In this document: positions 40,162-50,799 of the stretch, in pieces | Layout of the letters: every line of letters begins with the position of its first letter | Position numbering within the stretch: position 1 is the stretch's first letter | DNA from: an uncultured Actinomycetes bacterium | GTDB lineage: Bacteria; Actinomycetota; UBA4738; HRBIN12 | Length of the DNA: 64,000 bases | Assembly: GCA_964640085.1 (NCBI GenBank) | Contig: CAZXFA010000014.1 | Coordinates: 281-64,280 of the forward strand | Direction of reading: 5' to 3' | Notes under the pieces: generated by a model | What the model was told of the DNA's origin: nothing | What the model saw: the letters and a program-made list of their open reading frames with translations, nothing else | The model's database searches: none | Translations under genes and position numbers: made by a program

Positions 40162-41400
40162 TCAACGGCCGCCGATCACCGCGACCATGTTCGTGACCCA
40201 TTCGTGGTAAGGAACGCACTCGGTCGCCGCGTCGTCGTCGAAACAGTCCGACTGCGGCGTCTTCCAGAAGTGGATCCGGTCGAAGTTGTCGATCCCGTTG
40301 ATCTGGCAGCCCTCGGGCCCGAGCAGCTCGTTGCCCTCACAGGCCGCGGGGACCGCGGGGACCGAACCGAACCAGGCCGCCAGGTCGCCCTGGACCTTGG
40401 GGTTCAGCGACCATTCCATCCACTGGTAGGCGCAGTTCGGGTTCGGCGCCTGCGCGTGCATCATCGTCGTGTCGGCCCAGCCCGTCGCGCCCTCCTCGGG
40501 CACCACACTCGTGATCGGCTGCTCCTCGAAGAACGCGAGGTAGTTCACCTGGAACGGCCACGAGGAGCTCGCCACCGCCTCGCGGTTCGCGAAGTCCTCG
40601 ATCTGCACGAAGGCGTCGTGCCAGTAGCGACCGACCAGCTCTCTCTGCTGGCGGAGCAGGTCGAGCGCGGCGTCGAACTGGTCGCGGTTCAGCGCGTAGG
40701 GGTCGGTGATGCCGAGCTCTGGGTTGTGCGCCATCAGGTACAGGCCCGCGTCTGCGATGTAGATCGCGCCGTCGTAGGCCTGCACCCTCCCGGCGTTGCT
40801 CTGACCGTCGGGTAGGGTCGTCTCCTCGAAGACCACGTTCCAGCTGGTCGGCGTCTCGTCCCCGAAGACCTCGGTGTTGTACATGAGGACGTTGCTGCCC
40901 CACTGGTACGGCGTGCCGTAGTGCTCCGCCGTCCCATCGCCGTCCGTGTCGACCGCGTGCCACGGCGCATCCTGGAGCCGCTCGTCCACGGTCGAGAAGC
41001 TCGGGATCAGATCCACGTTGACCGGCTGGACCGTCCCGCCCGAGATCAGCCGCAGGCTCGCGTCACCCGAAGCCGTCACGAGGTCGAACTGGCCCGCGCC
41101 CTCCTGCATCAGAGCGACCATCTCGTCCGAGGTGTTGGCGACCTTGACATTGACCTCGCACCCGGTGTCGCTCTCGAACTGCGTGACCCAGTCGTACGCC
41201 GGGTCCGTGGACCCGTCTTCGATGTAGCCGGCCCAGGCGATGATGTTGACCTGGCCCTCGCCCTCGCCGACCTCGCTGATGATGCCCCCATCGCCGCCGT
41301 CGCCTCCCCCGCCCCCGTCGCCGTCCCCGTCGCCGCCGCACGCCGCCGCGACGACCGCGAGGACCGACAGGAGCGCGAGGAAACGCATGAGCTTGGTCAT
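40162..41400 (-). CDS. Polyamine-type ABC substrate-binding lipoprotein (YdcS-like)
   Basis: VAAAC lipobox, [37 protein letters not shown]. Confidence 0.88.
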   Translation of the reverse strand: MTKLMRFLALLSVLAVVAAACGGDGDGDGGGGGDGGDGGIISEVGEGEGQVNIIAWAGYIEDGSTDPAYDWVTQFESDTGCEVNVKVANTSDEMVALMQEGAGQFDLVTASGDASLRLISGGTVQPVNVDLIPSFSTVDERLQDAPWHAVDTDGDGTAEHYGTPYQWGSNVLMYNTEVFGDETPTSWNVVFEETTLPDGQSNAGRVQAYDGAIYIADAGLYLMAHNPELGITDPYALNRDQFDAALDLLRQQRELVGRYWHDAFVQIEDFANREAVASSSWPFQVNYLAFFEEQPITSVVPEEGATGWADTTMMHAQAPNPNCAYQWMEWSLNPKVQGDLAAWFGSVPAVPAACEGNELLGPEGCQINGIDNFDRIHFWKTPQSDCFDDDAATECVPYHEWVTNMVAVIGGR

Positions 41401-42509
41401 GCCTCCCCCTCCTCCGGGTCTTGCGACCCATCCGAACCGGCCTCGAGCGGCCGGTTGTTCTCCCGGCTCCAGGTGAGCCGTACCGCGCTCCCCTTCACCT
41501 GCAGCGCCTCCATCGACGAGGTGGCGAGGTTCTGCTGGAAGACCACCAGCTCCCCGCCGGCGTCGAGTTCGACGATGTACTTGGTGAGCGCACCGATGTA
41601 GACGACCTCCCGGACGTGGCCCATCGCGGTGCACTCGCCCGGACCCACCGGCGAGTCCGGTCCGTGCATCCGGATCTTCTCCGGCCGGATGGTGAACGGC
41701 TCGGAGGTCCCGGCCACCTGCCGCGCCACTTCGCCCGAGAGCACGTTGGAGGTTCCCACGAAGCCGGCCACGAAGCTGGTGGCCGGCCGCTCGTAGACGT
41801 CTGCGGGGGTCCCGACCTGCTCGATCAGGCCATGGTTGAACACGGCAAGGCGGTCGCTCATCGTGAGCGCCTCCTCCTGATCGTGGGTGACGTAGAGGAA
41901 CGTCAGGCCCACCCGCTGCTGGATCTCCTTGAGCTCGATTTGCATCGCCTGTCGGAGCTTCAGGTCGAGCGCCCCGAGGGGCTCGTCCAGCAGCAGCACC
42001 TTCGGGCGGTTGACCAGCGCACGGGCCAGGGCCACCCGCTGGCGCTGACCGCCCGAGAGCTGTGCGGGCTTGCGGTCGGTGAATCCCTCGAGCTGGACCA
42101 TCGCGAGCGCCTCGGCCGTACGCTCCTCGCGTTCCGCCCGCGCCACCTTCTTCACCTTGAGGCCGTACTCGACGTTGGCCCGCACCGACATGTGCGGGAA
42201 CAGCGCGTAGTCCTGGAAGACGGTGTTCACGTCGCGCTCGTAGGGCGGGAGGTCCGTGACGTCCCGACCGCCGAGCACGACCCGGCCGGTCGTCGGCGTT
42301 TCGAATCCGGCGATCAGTCGCAGGGAGGTCGTCTTGCCCGACCCCGAGGGCCCGAGCATCGAGAAGAACTCCCCCTCGCGCACCTCGAGGTCGATCCCGT
42401 CGACCGCGATCACCTCGCCGAAATGCTTCCGGATGCCGTCCAGCCGCACGGCATCCGGGCCCTCCGGGGCGGCCACGACGGCATGGATCCGTGCCTCCGG
42501 TTGCGCCAC
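41397..42509 (-). CDS. Polyamine-type ABC ATP-binding protein (YdcT/PotA-like)
   Basis: [31 protein letters not shown]; start taken at GTG 42509 (ORF track opens at 42551). Confidence 0.9.
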   Translation of the reverse strand: MAQPEARIHAVVAAPEGPDAVRLDGIRKHFGEVIAVDGIDLEVREGEFFSMLGPSGSGKTTSLRLIAGFETPTTGRVVLGGRDVTDLPPYERDVNTVFQDYALFPHMSVRANVEYGLKVKKVARAEREERTAEALAMVQLEGFTDRKPAQLSGGQRQRVALARALVNRPKVLLLDEPLGALDLKLRQAMQIELKEIQQRVGLTFLYVTHDQEEALTMSDRLAVFNHGLIEQVGTPADVYERPATSFVAGFVGTSNVLSGEVARQVAGTSEPFTIRPEKIRMHGPDSPVGPGECTAMGHVREVVYIGALTKYIVELDAGGELVVFQQNLATSSMEALQVKGSAVRLTWSRENNRPLEAGSDGSQDPEEGEA

Positions 42510-42624
42510 GTCCTCACTCCGGGTGTCGGGGGCGGTGCAGAACCGCGACATCTTGAACGGGAATCAGGCCCGGGGCAACCCGGCGACCCGTCGAACCGGC
42601 AAGCCGCCCGTGCACCATCCCGGA

Positions 42625-43620
42625 CTACGTCGTCGAGAGATCGGTGCCAGCCCGCTCCCGCAGCGCAGCGCCGATCCCCCGCGTGAGCTCCCCCACGATC
42701 CCGGGTCCCCGATAGACCAGGCCCGTGTAGAGCTGGACCGTGGTCGCCCCCGCATCCAGGCAGGCGAGCGCGTCGGTCGTGGTCGCGACCCCGCCGCAGG
42801 CGTTGATCGTCAGTTGGCCGCCGGTCTCGGCGCGGACCTCTCTCACGATCACCGGTGTCCGGGCCGCGAGCGGTGCCCCCGACAGCCCGCCACGCCCCCG
42901 GGCGAGCCGGGGCTCGAGGACGGTCCGCGCGTTGGAGCACGTCAGTCCCCAGGCGCCGCGCTCGGCGGCGACGCGGGCCATGGCGAGGACGCCGACCCGC
43001 TCCTCCGGGGTCTCGAACGGCGGTAGCTTCACGAACACGGGTTTGCGCGTTCGTTCCAGGAAGCCGTCGAGGATCGCCCCCACCCGCCCGACGTCGTGGG
43101 CCCACGTGGCGTTCGGCGAGCTGGCGTTCAGCTCGAACCCATCCACCAGCGGCTCGAGCAGGTCGAGCATCGTCTGGACGTCCTCGGGCTCCTCATCGGC
43201 CAGGCTCGCCAGGCGCGGCACCGTGCGCTCGCCCCTGCGAAGGGTCCGGGCGACGACCGCCGCTCCGGGGTTCGGCAGTCCCATCGCGTTCACCAGCGCC
43301 CCGGGTGCCCGGCGCACGATCCTCGGCTTCGGATGCCCTGCCCGCGGCCGCAGCGTGAACGACCCCCCCACCACGTACCCGAACCCCAGCCGGCCGAGCG
43401 CATCCAGGCGTCGACCGGTCTTGTCGAACCCCGCCGCCAGGCCGATCGGATTCTCGAGCTCAAGGCCGGCGACCGAGATCCGCAGGATCGGGTCCCGGAC
43501 GGCCCCGCCGACCCGCTCCCAGGGGAGCGGCCACCCGAGCAGGTGGGTCGCGAGGTCGTGGGCCGCCTCGGCGGGGAGCGCGAAGAACAGGGGTCGCGCC
43601 AGGCTCCGATACAGGCCCAT
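42625..43620 (-). CDS. pyrD: Dihydroorotate dehydrogenase (quinone, class 2)
   Basis: AEAAH, NPIGLAAGFDK, NAMGLPN, NASSPN, VKL, GGLSG, QLYTGLVYRGP. Confidence 0.88.
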   Translation of the reverse strand: MGLYRSLARPLFFALPAEAAHDLATHLLGWPLPWERVGGAVRDPILRISVAGLELENPIGLAAGFDKTGRRLDALGRLGFGYVVGGSFTLRPRAGHPKPRIVRRAPGALVNAMGLPNPGAAVVARTLRRGERTVPRLASLADEEPEDVQTMLDLLEPLVDGFELNASSPNATWAHDVGRVGAILDGFLERTRKPVFVKLPPFETPEERVGVLAMARVAAERGAWGLTCSNARTVLEPRLARGRGGLSGAPLAARTPVIVREVRAETGGQLTINACGGVATTTDALACLDAGATTVQLYTGLVYRGPGIVGELTRGIGAALRERAGTDLSTT

Positions 43621-43641
43621 CGGGCGCCTATGCTACGCGGG

Positions 43642-44166
43642 ATGTCCGACGACCTGGCCGCCCGGCTGCTGCAAGCCTCCGAGATCCACGGCGACTTCGT
43701 GCTGTCCTCCGGCACGCGTTCGGCCGTCTACTTCGACAAGTACAGGTTCCTCACCGATCCGTGGCTGCTCCGCGAGACTGCCCGAGCGGTCGCGGACCTG
43801 CTGCCGGATGGGGCGACCCACCTGGCCGCGCCGGAGGGCGCGGCCACGCTCCTCGTGGCCGCGGTCTCGCTGGACACCGGGCTGCCCACGGCGGTCGTCC
43901 GAAAGGAGGCCAAAGCCTACGGCACGAGGTCACGGGTCGAGGGCCATGCCCCACCCGACGCGCGGATGGCGCTGATCGAGGACGTCTCGACCACCGGTCA
44001 CCAGGTGCACGAAGCAGCCCGCGCGCTCGAGGAGCTGGGGTGCCGGATCGCGCGCATCGTGCTCGCGATCGATCGCGGCGGCGGGTCGTACCTGCGCGTG
44101 GCCGGGTACGAGGTCGCGGCGGTCGTGGAGGTCCGACCCGACCTCGGGGAGACCGCGTCGAGCTAG
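43642..44166 (+). CDS. pyrE: Orotate phosphoribosyltransferase
   Basis: GDFVLSSG..YFDKY, RKEAKAYGT, LIEDVSTTG PRPP motif; divergent from pyrD. Confidence 0.88.
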   Translation: MSDDLAARLLQASEIHGDFVLSSGTRSAVYFDKYRFLTDPWLLRETARAVADLLPDGATHLAAPEGAATLLVAAVSLDTGLPTAVVRKEAKAYGTRSRVEGHAPPDARMALIEDVSTTGHQVHEAARALEELGCRIARIVLAIDRGGGSYLRVAGYEVAAVVEVRPDLGETASS

Positions 44167-44909
44167 TCCGTCACGGAGACGGGCGGCATCTCGCAACGCC
44201 AGACCTGGAGCCGCCAGAGCAGTCGGCTACCCCGAGCCCGGAGGTCCAGGACCCCCTCCCGCATCATCTGCGCCACGGCCCGGGACTTGGCGACCACGTC
44301 GGGAAGGGGGAACTCCCGCTCCAGGAGCGATTGCAGGTTGGCGGCGCCGAAGATCCGGCGCGCCACCTCGAGGATCTTGCCCTCGGCCTGGATCGTCCCG
44401 GTGGGGAGGTACAACCGCCCACCTGGCCGCAGGCACCGGTTCTCGCGGATGCTCTCGAGCATCGCCGCGGGGAGCTCGGCCCCCGTCGGCCCGCCGGCAC
44501 GCCCGTCGGGGAACCAGCCCGACACGGCGGCAATCTCGTCGGGGATGCCGGAGACGTCCCCGATCACGACGTCCGCCTGGATCCCTCGCACGGGCTCCAG
44601 GAGGTCGCCGACGCGGAACTCCACCCGGTCCGCGTGACCAAGAGCCTCTGCGTTCCTGCGGGCCACGGCGATCGCCTCATCCGACAGGTCCACGCCGTAG
44701 ACCCCGCCGGCGCCGAGCCGCGCCGCCACGAAGGACAGCACGCCGCTCCCGCAGCCGACGTCGATCACGGTGTCGCCGGGCTGAATCTCGAGCGCGTCGG
44801 CGATGGTCCGGCTGGTGTGGGTGGGGGCGAAGACGCCCGGATCGATCTCGATCGTGAAGGGACCGGTGCGACCCTTCCACTCGAGGCGGTGCTCCGATCC
44901 GGGGCTCAT
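44163..44909 (-). CDS. Class I SAM-dependent methyltransferase (MTS/PrmC-like)
   Basis: PGVFAP, VIDVGCGSG, GVDLS, GDLLEP; lacks the NPPY motif. Confidence 0.8.
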   Translation of the reverse strand: MSPGSEHRLEWKGRTGPFTIEIDPGVFAPTHTSRTIADALEIQPGDTVIDVGCGSGVLSFVAARLGAGGVYGVDLSDEAIAVARRNAEALGHADRVEFRVGDLLEPVRGIQADVVIGDVSGIPDEIAAVSGWFPDGRAGGPTGAELPAAMLESIRENRCLRPGGRLYLPTGTIQAEGKILEVARRIFGAANLQSLLEREFPLPDVVAKSRAVAQMMREGVLDLRARGSRLLWRLQVWRCEMPPVSVTD

Positions 44910-44952
44910 GACCGCTCATCCTGCGTGCAGGAACGGTTGCGAGTCAACCCGT

Positions 44953-45450
44953 TCACGCGACCGGGGGATCGAACCGTGCCTGCTCGCCGGGGATCAGCTC
45001 GCCCCGTTCGACGGCCGTCGCCAGACGGTCCGCGGCCTCGACCAGGCCAACCGTGTCCACGCCGCGATGCCCCGGCGGGTACCGCCGCACCCGCCCGGCG
45101 CCGCGGCGGAGCAGCCGGACGCATCCGTGGGCGTTCCCCCGGAGCAGGTGCACGAGCCCCGCGCCGAGCTGGGACAGGCCCTTGTAGAGCTCGGCGTCGG
45201 GCGTGTCCCGGGCCTGCTTCCACGCGGTCTCCCACGCCTCATGGGCAGGGAAGTACCGCCCGGCGTTCAGGTGCTGCAGGCCGAGGCGATGGTTCTCCTC
45301 GAGGCTCAGCGCGTCGTAGTCCTCCAGGTGGAGGGTGCTCTCCACGCCCCACGGCAGCGGACGTCCCAGGTGGTCGCGCGGCCGTTCGGGCTTGTTCCTG
45401 GCCTCCGTGGGCCTGCCGGTCTTCCCGCGTGCTTCCCGGGGCATGTGCAC
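44953..45450 (-). CDS. DUF309 family protein
   Basis: GRYFPAHEAWETAW...YKGLSQLGAGLVH.RGN..G pattern. Confidence 0.82.
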   Translation of the reverse strand: MHMPREARGKTGRPTEARNKPERPRDHLGRPLPWGVESTLHLEDYDALSLEENHRLGLQHLNAGRYFPAHEAWETAWKQARDTPDAELYKGLSQLGAGLVHLLRGNAHGCVRLLRRGAGRVRRYPPGHRGVDTVGLVEAADRLATAVERGELIPGEQARFDPPVA

Positions 45451-45506
45451 ATGGTAGTGGGCCGGAACGCTGGCGCCTCCGGGGGACGCTGGCTACGCTG
45501 CTCGGC

Positions 45507-46757
45507 ATGGACCCAGCCCGCACATCCGAGGAGGCCCTCCTGGCCGAGACCCAGGCCCGCGGCGCGGAGGAGGTGGGTGGTCCGCCGCAGGGCGCGGGTG
45601 CTGATCGGATGCCCACATGGATCCCTCGTCTCCTGCTCCTGACCGTCCTGACCTTCTTCGCGGCCTACGCCGGGTTCTCCCTGTTCCGGCGTCTGCGGGA
45701 CCTTTTCGTGTGGCTCGTAGCGGCGCTATTCCTCTCCTTCGCGCTCGAGCCGGCGGTCAACTGGCTCGTGCAGCGCGGATGGCGCCGCGGGGCGGCCTCC
45801 GCTCTCGTGCTGTTCGGGTTCCTGTTGGTCGTCATCGTCCTGATCGCGGCGATGGTCCCCCTGGTGATCGCTCAGGTGGAGGAGTTGATCGACCGAGCCC
45901 CCGGGTGGCTAGAGCAGGCCAGCGTGTACACGGAGCGGTGGTTCGGGATCGAGCTCACCGGGGAGCAGCTGCGGGGGGCGATCGCGAGCGCTCAGGCGGA
46001 TATCGCGAGCCTGGCATCGAACATCGCGTCCGTGGGCGCGTTCCTCCTCAGCCTCGTCTTCCAGATGCTCACCATCGGCCTGTTCACCTTCTACCTCGTG
46101 GCCGACGGGCCACGGTTCCGCCGCGCGGTCTGCTCGGTGCTCACGCCCCGTCGTCAGCGCGAGGTGCTCACGGCCTGGGACGTCGCGATCGACAAGACCG
46201 GCGGCTACCTCTACTCGCGGCTGCTGCTCGCGATCGTGAATGCCTCCGTCACGTTCGCGGTCCTCACCCTGCTCGGGATCCCGTTCCCGATCCCGCTTGC
46301 CCTGTGGCAGGGGTTCGTGTCGCAGTTCATCCCGGTGGTCGGAACCTACATCGCGGCGGCGATCCCCCTGCTCGTCGCGCTGCTCGAGGACCCCATCGCC
46401 GCGATCGTCTTCGTTGGCTTCGTGGTCGTCTACCAGCAGGTGGAGAACTACCTGCTCGCCCCGCGGATCACCGCCCGGACGATGCAACTCCATCCGGCGG
46501 TCGCGTTCTTCGCGGCTCTGGCCGGCGGATCGATCAGCGGATTGCTCGGGGCGTTCATGGCGCTGCCCGCCGCAGCCGTGATCCAGGCGACCGTTTCCAC
46601 CTACCTCACCCGGCACGAGGTCGTGGAATCGGAACTGACGCGCGAGTCGGAGCCCGCGCCCGCCGCCGACGGTCCCGGCGCCACCGAGGGTCGACGCGCC
46701 AGCGTCTACTCCCGCCTGTCGGGCCGCCTTCGCCGCGACCGCCCTTCCGACACATGA
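45507..46757 (+). CDS. AI-2E family (PerM/UPF0118) transporter
   Basis: ALEPAV, FIPVVG, QQVENYLLAPRI, LHP, ALPAAA. Confidence 0.88.
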   Translation: MDPARTSEEALLAETQARGAEEVGGPPQGAGADRMPTWIPRLLLLTVLTFFAAYAGFSLFRRLRDLFVWLVAALFLSFALEPAVNWLVQRGWRRGAASALVLFGFLLVVIVLIAAMVPLVIAQVEELIDRAPGWLEQASVYTERWFGIELTGEQLRGAIASAQADIASLASNIASVGAFLLSLVFQMLTIGLFTFYLVADGPRFRRAVCSVLTPRRQREVLTAWDVAIDKTGGYLYSRLLLAIVNASVTFAVLTLLGIPFPIPLALWQGFVSQFIPVVGTYIAAAIPLLVALLEDPIAAIVFVGFVVVYQQVENYLLAPRITARTMQLHPAVAFFAALAGGSISGLLGAFMALPAAAVIQATVSTYLTRHEVVESELTRESEPAPAADGPGATEGRRASVYSRLSGRLRRDRPSDT

Positions 46758-47566
46758 GCGGACGGGCGGGCGGCGATGCGTCCTCCGTCCGGCTCGAGCG
46801 GTTGGGGGACATCGTCCGGCGGATGCGGGGGCGGCGGTGGAGGATCGTCCCGCACCCGGGCCCGATCCATCCCGATCGACGGGCGACCGGGAAGTCCGGC
46901 TCGCTCCGCGCGGCCATCTTCGGGGTGAACGACGGGCTCGTCTCCAACGTTTCACTAATCTTCGGCGTCGCGGGGGCGGGCGTCCAGCCAGAGGTGATCG
47001 TCCTGGCCGGCGTGGCGGGGCTGCTGGCCGGGGCCTTCTCGATGGCGGCGGGCGAGTACATCTCGGTCCGGGTCCAGCGGGAGGTCTTCGAGCGCCTGAT
47101 CCACCTCGAGGCGCACGAGATCGGCTCCCAGCCGGAAGCCGAACGCGAGGAGCTCCGCCTCCTCTACATCCGCAAGGGGTTGTCGGCCGAGCTCTCCGGG
47201 CGCCTGGCCGAGGAGATCATGCGCGACCCTGAGATCGCCCTCGACACCCACGCCCGCGAGGAGCTCGGCCTGGATCCCGAGGAGGGGTTGGGATCCCCGT
47301 TGGCGGCGGCTGGTTCCTCGTTCGCGATGTTCGCGGTCGGCGCGATAGTACCCCTGATCCCGTTCGTGATCGGCTCGGGCACGGGAGCGGTGATCACCTC
47401 GGCCGTCGTCTCCGGCATCTCGCTGTTCGCCGTCGGCGCATCGATGACGGTGCTGACCGGGCGCCCGCTCCTACGTTCCGGCGCCAGGATGCTGGCCGTG
47501 GGGACCGGCGCAGCTGCGATCACCTACGGGGTCGGAACGCTCCTGGACGCGGGGGTGGGACCCTAG
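46754..47566 (+). CDS. VIT1/CCC1 family Fe/Mn transporter
   Basis: LRAAIFGVNDGLVS, AGAFSMAAGEYISV, HAREELG. Confidence 0.9.
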   Translation: MSGRAGGDASSVRLERLGDIVRRMRGRRWRIVPHPGPIHPDRRATGKSGSLRAAIFGVNDGLVSNVSLIFGVAGAGVQPEVIVLAGVAGLLAGAFSMAAGEYISVRVQREVFERLIHLEAHEIGSQPEAEREELRLLYIRKGLSAELSGRLAEEIMRDPEIALDTHAREELGLDPEEGLGSPLAAAGSSFAMFAVGAIVPLIPFVIGSGTGAVITSAVVSGISLFAVGASMTVLTGRPLLRSGARMLAVGTGAAAITYGVGTLLDAGVGP

Positions 47567-48249
47567 GGGAGAGCCTCGATCCGGCCGGCGGCCGCCTCGT
47601 CGGCCAGGATCAGCGATCGGGCCCCGCGGATCCGTCCGGCCGGGATCGATGCATCACCCGCCACGAGCCTGTACAACGCCTGCGCCTTGTCCGCCCCGGT
47701 CACCAACCACAGGAGGCGATCGGCCCGGGCGATCCCGCGGTAGGTGAGGGTCATGCGTCGATGTCCTCGGTACTCTCCCGTGACGGCGACGTCGCGATCC
47801 TCCATGTCCAGCGCCGGGTCGCCCGGGGCCAACGAGGCGGTGTGACCGTCCTCCCCCAGCCCGAGGTGCATGAGGTCGAGGACCCCTGGGAGCGCCGCCT
47901 CGTACCGGCTCGCCGCCGTCGTCAGGTCGTCCTCGTCCACCGGCATCGCGTGGATGATGGGCACAGCCCCGGCGGGCAGGCTCTGCACCAGGTGGAAGAG
48001 GTTGCGGTCCGGGTCTCCCTCAGGGGCCACCCGTTCGTCGACCTGCCACAGCTCCACGTGGGCCCACGGCACGTCCTCGTCGGCCAGATGGCCGAACATG
48101 GCCCACGGCGTCCGACCTCCGCTGACCGCTGCCGAGAACCGGCCCCGCGCCGCGACCGCCGCCCGTGCGGCGTCTGCGAAGACCTGGGCACCCCTCCGGG
48201 ACACCGCTTCCGGGTCGGGGAGGACCTCGAGCTGGTGGAGTGGGATCAC
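47563..48249 (-). CDS. pgl: 6-phosphogluconolactonase
   Basis: SGGRTP, VDER, LGLGEDGHTASL, RMTLT, GADKA. Confidence 0.88.
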   Translation of the reverse strand: MIPLHQLEVLPDPEAVSRRGAQVFADAARAAVAARGRFSAAVSGGRTPWAMFGHLADEDVPWAHVELWQVDERVAPEGDPDRNLFHLVQSLPAGAVPIIHAMPVDEDDLTTAASRYEAALPGVLDLMHLGLGEDGHTASLAPGDPALDMEDRDVAVTGEYRGHRRMTLTYRGIARADRLLWLVTGADKAQALYRLVAGDASIPAGRIRGARSLILADEAAAGRIEALP

Positions 48250-48256
48250 GGTCCCC

Positions 48257-49786
48257 TCACCAGCGGAGACCCTCGAGCTCGTCGAGGGACACGCGGACCG
48301 CGCGCCGGCCCCGGGCCCGCAGCGCCTCGAGATCGCCCGCAGCCTGCGCGGTCAGGAGGGCACCGAACGTGTGGTCGCGGCCGGGAACATCGAGGTCCTC
48401 GACCGGCTCCGCGAGCACCTGGATGCAGACCACCGACCCCGGGCCCCCCTTGTGGAGCTGCCCGGTCGAGTGGAGGAACCTCGGGCCGAACCCGAGGGTG
48501 GTCGCCACGCGGCGATGGTCCCGGATCCGGTGCCGCACCGCCTGCAGGCGAGCAATCCGGTCCGGATCCTGCGGCACGAACGCCTGGATCGCCACGTAGT
48601 CCCCGGGCCCGATCGCCTCCGCCAGGACCGCCGGGTCGCCGGGTTCCACCGCGGCGGGGCCTCCCGAGGCCAGGATCCGCGCCGTCGCATCCTTGGCCGC
48701 CTGCACGTCCGGCTGGTCGAAGGGGTGGATGCCGAGCACGTGACCGGCCACCGCCGTGGCCAGCTCCCATCGGAACATCGCGCCCCCGAGCTGGACCGGC
48801 TCCCGCACCGTCGAGCGGACCGCGGGGTGGCCCGCGCGCTCCAGCCGCCGGACGGTCGGAGCCTGCTCGCCGTCCTCGCCGACCACGAACAGGCGATCGG
48901 CTCCGTACACGGACGGTGGGCCGAGCGCCTCGCCCTCGATCGGCACCGAACCGGTACCGTCCTTGCCCGTCGACTCGGCCACCAGTTGCTCGACCCATCG
49001 GGCGAGGGCGGCCACCCGCCCGCGGAAGGCGAGCGTGAGCTTATCCCGGCCGGCGAGGACGCCCTCGCCGATCCAGGCCCCGAGCACGGTCGCGGCGTTC
49101 TCGCCGGCCGGGACGTCAGGACCGGAGGCTGACGCCGCCTCCGAAGCCCCTGCGAGCAACCCCTCGAGGTCGGCGCCGACGAGGGCCGCCGGCACCAGCC
49201 CCACGTACGACAGGGCGCTGTAGCGACCGCCCAGATCGGGGGGGTTCTCGAAGACGCGCCGGAAACCGCGCTCCGTGGCGACCTGGGCGAGGGGGGTCCC
49301 CGGGTCGGTGATCGCCGCGAACCGAGCTCCTCCTGGCGCCCGCCGCCAGAAATGCTCCAAGTGCGATCGGGTCTCGATCGTGGTTCCGGACTTGCTCGCG
49401 ATCACGAACAGGGTCCGCTCCAGGTCGATCTGGTCCTCGATCGCGAGGATCGCGTCCGGGTGCGTCGTGTCGAGCACGATCAGCTCGAGCATGCCCTCGC
49501 CCACGCCGAAGCTCTCCCCGAACACCTCGGGCGCGAGGCTCGAGCCGCCCATCCCGCACAGCACCACCCATCTGAGCCCATCGTCGGCGCACCCCCGCGC
49601 GAACGCCCGGAGCTCCTCGATCCGGCCCGCCATCTCGCGGTGCACGTCGAGCCAGCCGAGACGGTCCGAGATCTCGATCGGCTCGGGGCGCCAGACGGTA
49701 TGGTCGCGCGCCCAGATCCGTTCGATCACGCGGTCCTCGGTCAACCGTGCGAGCCGATCACGGACCGCCCCGGCGAGCTCGCTCAC
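48257..49786 (-). CDS. Glucose-6-phosphate isomerase-like protein (type seen as the PGI half of Tal-Pgi fusions)
   Basis: RLGWL, GMGGSSL, SKSGTTIET, ITDPG, GGRYSALS, EQLVAESTGK, PFDQPDV..AK, GPRFLHSTGQLHKGG. Confidence 0.85.
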   Translation of the reverse strand: MSELAGAVRDRLARLTEDRVIERIWARDHTVWRPEPIEISDRLGWLDVHREMAGRIEELRAFARGCADDGLRWVVLCGMGGSSLAPEVFGESFGVGEGMLELIVLDTTHPDAILAIEDQIDLERTLFVIASKSGTTIETRSHLEHFWRRAPGGARFAAITDPGTPLAQVATERGFRRVFENPPDLGGRYSALSYVGLVPAALVGADLEGLLAGASEAASASGPDVPAGENAATVLGAWIGEGVLAGRDKLTLAFRGRVAALARWVEQLVAESTGKDGTGSVPIEGEALGPPSVYGADRLFVVGEDGEQAPTVRRLERAGHPAVRSTVREPVQLGGAMFRWELATAVAGHVLGIHPFDQPDVQAAKDATARILASGGPAAVEPGDPAVLAEAIGPGDYVAIQAFVPQDPDRIARLQAVRHRIRDHRRVATTLGFGPRFLHSTGQLHKGGPGSVVCIQVLAEPVEDLDVPGRDHTFGALLTAQAAGDLEALRARGRRAVRVSLDELEGLRW

Positions 49787-50223
49787 GCCCCGGCGCCCTC
49801 CGTGGCGGTGCCCACCAGCTCCTCCAGCGAACCTCGGAGCCCCTCGTACCGCCGGTCCCCGAGCTCCCGCCTGGCCCGAGCTTCGACCGCCGCGACCGCC
49901 CGGCGGGTCTCCGCCGCGTAGCGGCGGCCACGCGCGGTGAGCCGGACGATCTTGGATCGGGCATCGAGCGGGTCGGGCACGCGGCGAACGAAGCCCCGGT
50001 TCTCGAGATCGTCCACGATGAGCATCATGCCCTGCTTGGTCATGCGGGCGCGGCGCGCGAGATCGACCAGCCGGGTACCCGAGCGCCTGTCGATGTGCAG
50101 GAACGCCGCGGCATGGCTCGGTCGCGCTTCCGGGAACCCGCGCTCGTCCAGATCGGCGACCAGCTCCGCGCCGAGCGTCCGCGAGGCCTCCAGCAGCAAC
50201 CGGGAGAGGTCGGGCTCGCCCAT
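49783..50223 (-). CDS. MarR family transcriptional regulator
   Basis: LARRARMTKQGM..VDDLE..GFV.R.PDP.D.RSKIVRLT..G. Confidence 0.87.
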   Translation of the reverse strand: MGEPDLSRLLLEASRTLGAELVADLDERGFPEARPSHAAAFLHIDRRSGTRLVDLARRARMTKQGMMLIVDDLENRGFVRRVPDPLDARSKIVRLTARGRRYAAETRRAVAAVEARARRELGDRRYEGLRGSLEELVGTATEGAGA

Positions 50224-50291
50224 CGAGGGCCATCCTCCGCCGCCGAGAGCCGCGGGGTCAACGTGATTGACGGCGGGTACCCTCGTCGTCG

Positions 50292-50792
50292 ATGGGGATC
50301 CGGATACGACCGGCTCGATCCGAGGAGTACGACGAGGCGGGGCGGGTGACCGCGCTGGCCTATCGCGAGTTCGTCCGGCCGGGCGACGGCTCGTGGCACG
50401 CGTACCTGGCACGGATCGCCGACGTGGCCGGTCGCGCGGATCGCACGACGGTGCTGGTGGCGCTGGACGACGAGCGAAGGATCGTGGGCAGCGCCACCCT
50501 CGAGCTCGGGGAGCGGATCGACGAGGACGATCCCCCGCTCGCTCCCGACGAGGCGCACATCCGGATGCTGGGCGTGCACCCGGAGAACCGGAGCCGGGGC
50601 ATCGCCCGGGCGCTCATGGAGGCCTGCTTCGAGCGTGCGCGCGCGGTGGGCAGGACCCGCATGACTCTCCACACCACCGAGCGGATGCGAGCGGCGCAGG
50701 CGATGTACGAGGGGATGGGGTTCGAGCGGCGACCCGATCGCGTGTTCCCCGATGGGTTCGTCCTGCTCACCTACGAGAAGCCGATCGTGTGA
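50292..50792 (+). CDS. GNAT family N-acetyltransferase
   Basis: IRMLGVHPENRSRGIARALM, AQAMYEGMGF. Confidence 0.88.
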   Translation: MGIRIRPARSEEYDEAGRVTALAYREFVRPGDGSWHAYLARIADVAGRADRTTVLVALDDERRIVGSATLELGERIDEDDPPLAPDEAHIRMLGVHPENRSRGIARALMEACFERARAVGRTRMTLHTTERMRAAQAMYEGMGFERRPDRVFPDGFVLLTYEKPIV

Positions 50793-50799
50793 GGTCGGA

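Noticed and set aside
43761-46757. 998-aa ORF suggesting a giant AI-2E fusion protein
   Set aside because: The N-terminal 580 aa overlap pyrE, the methyltransferase and DUF309 in other frames or strands. The real gene starts at ATG 45507 after a -10-like box.
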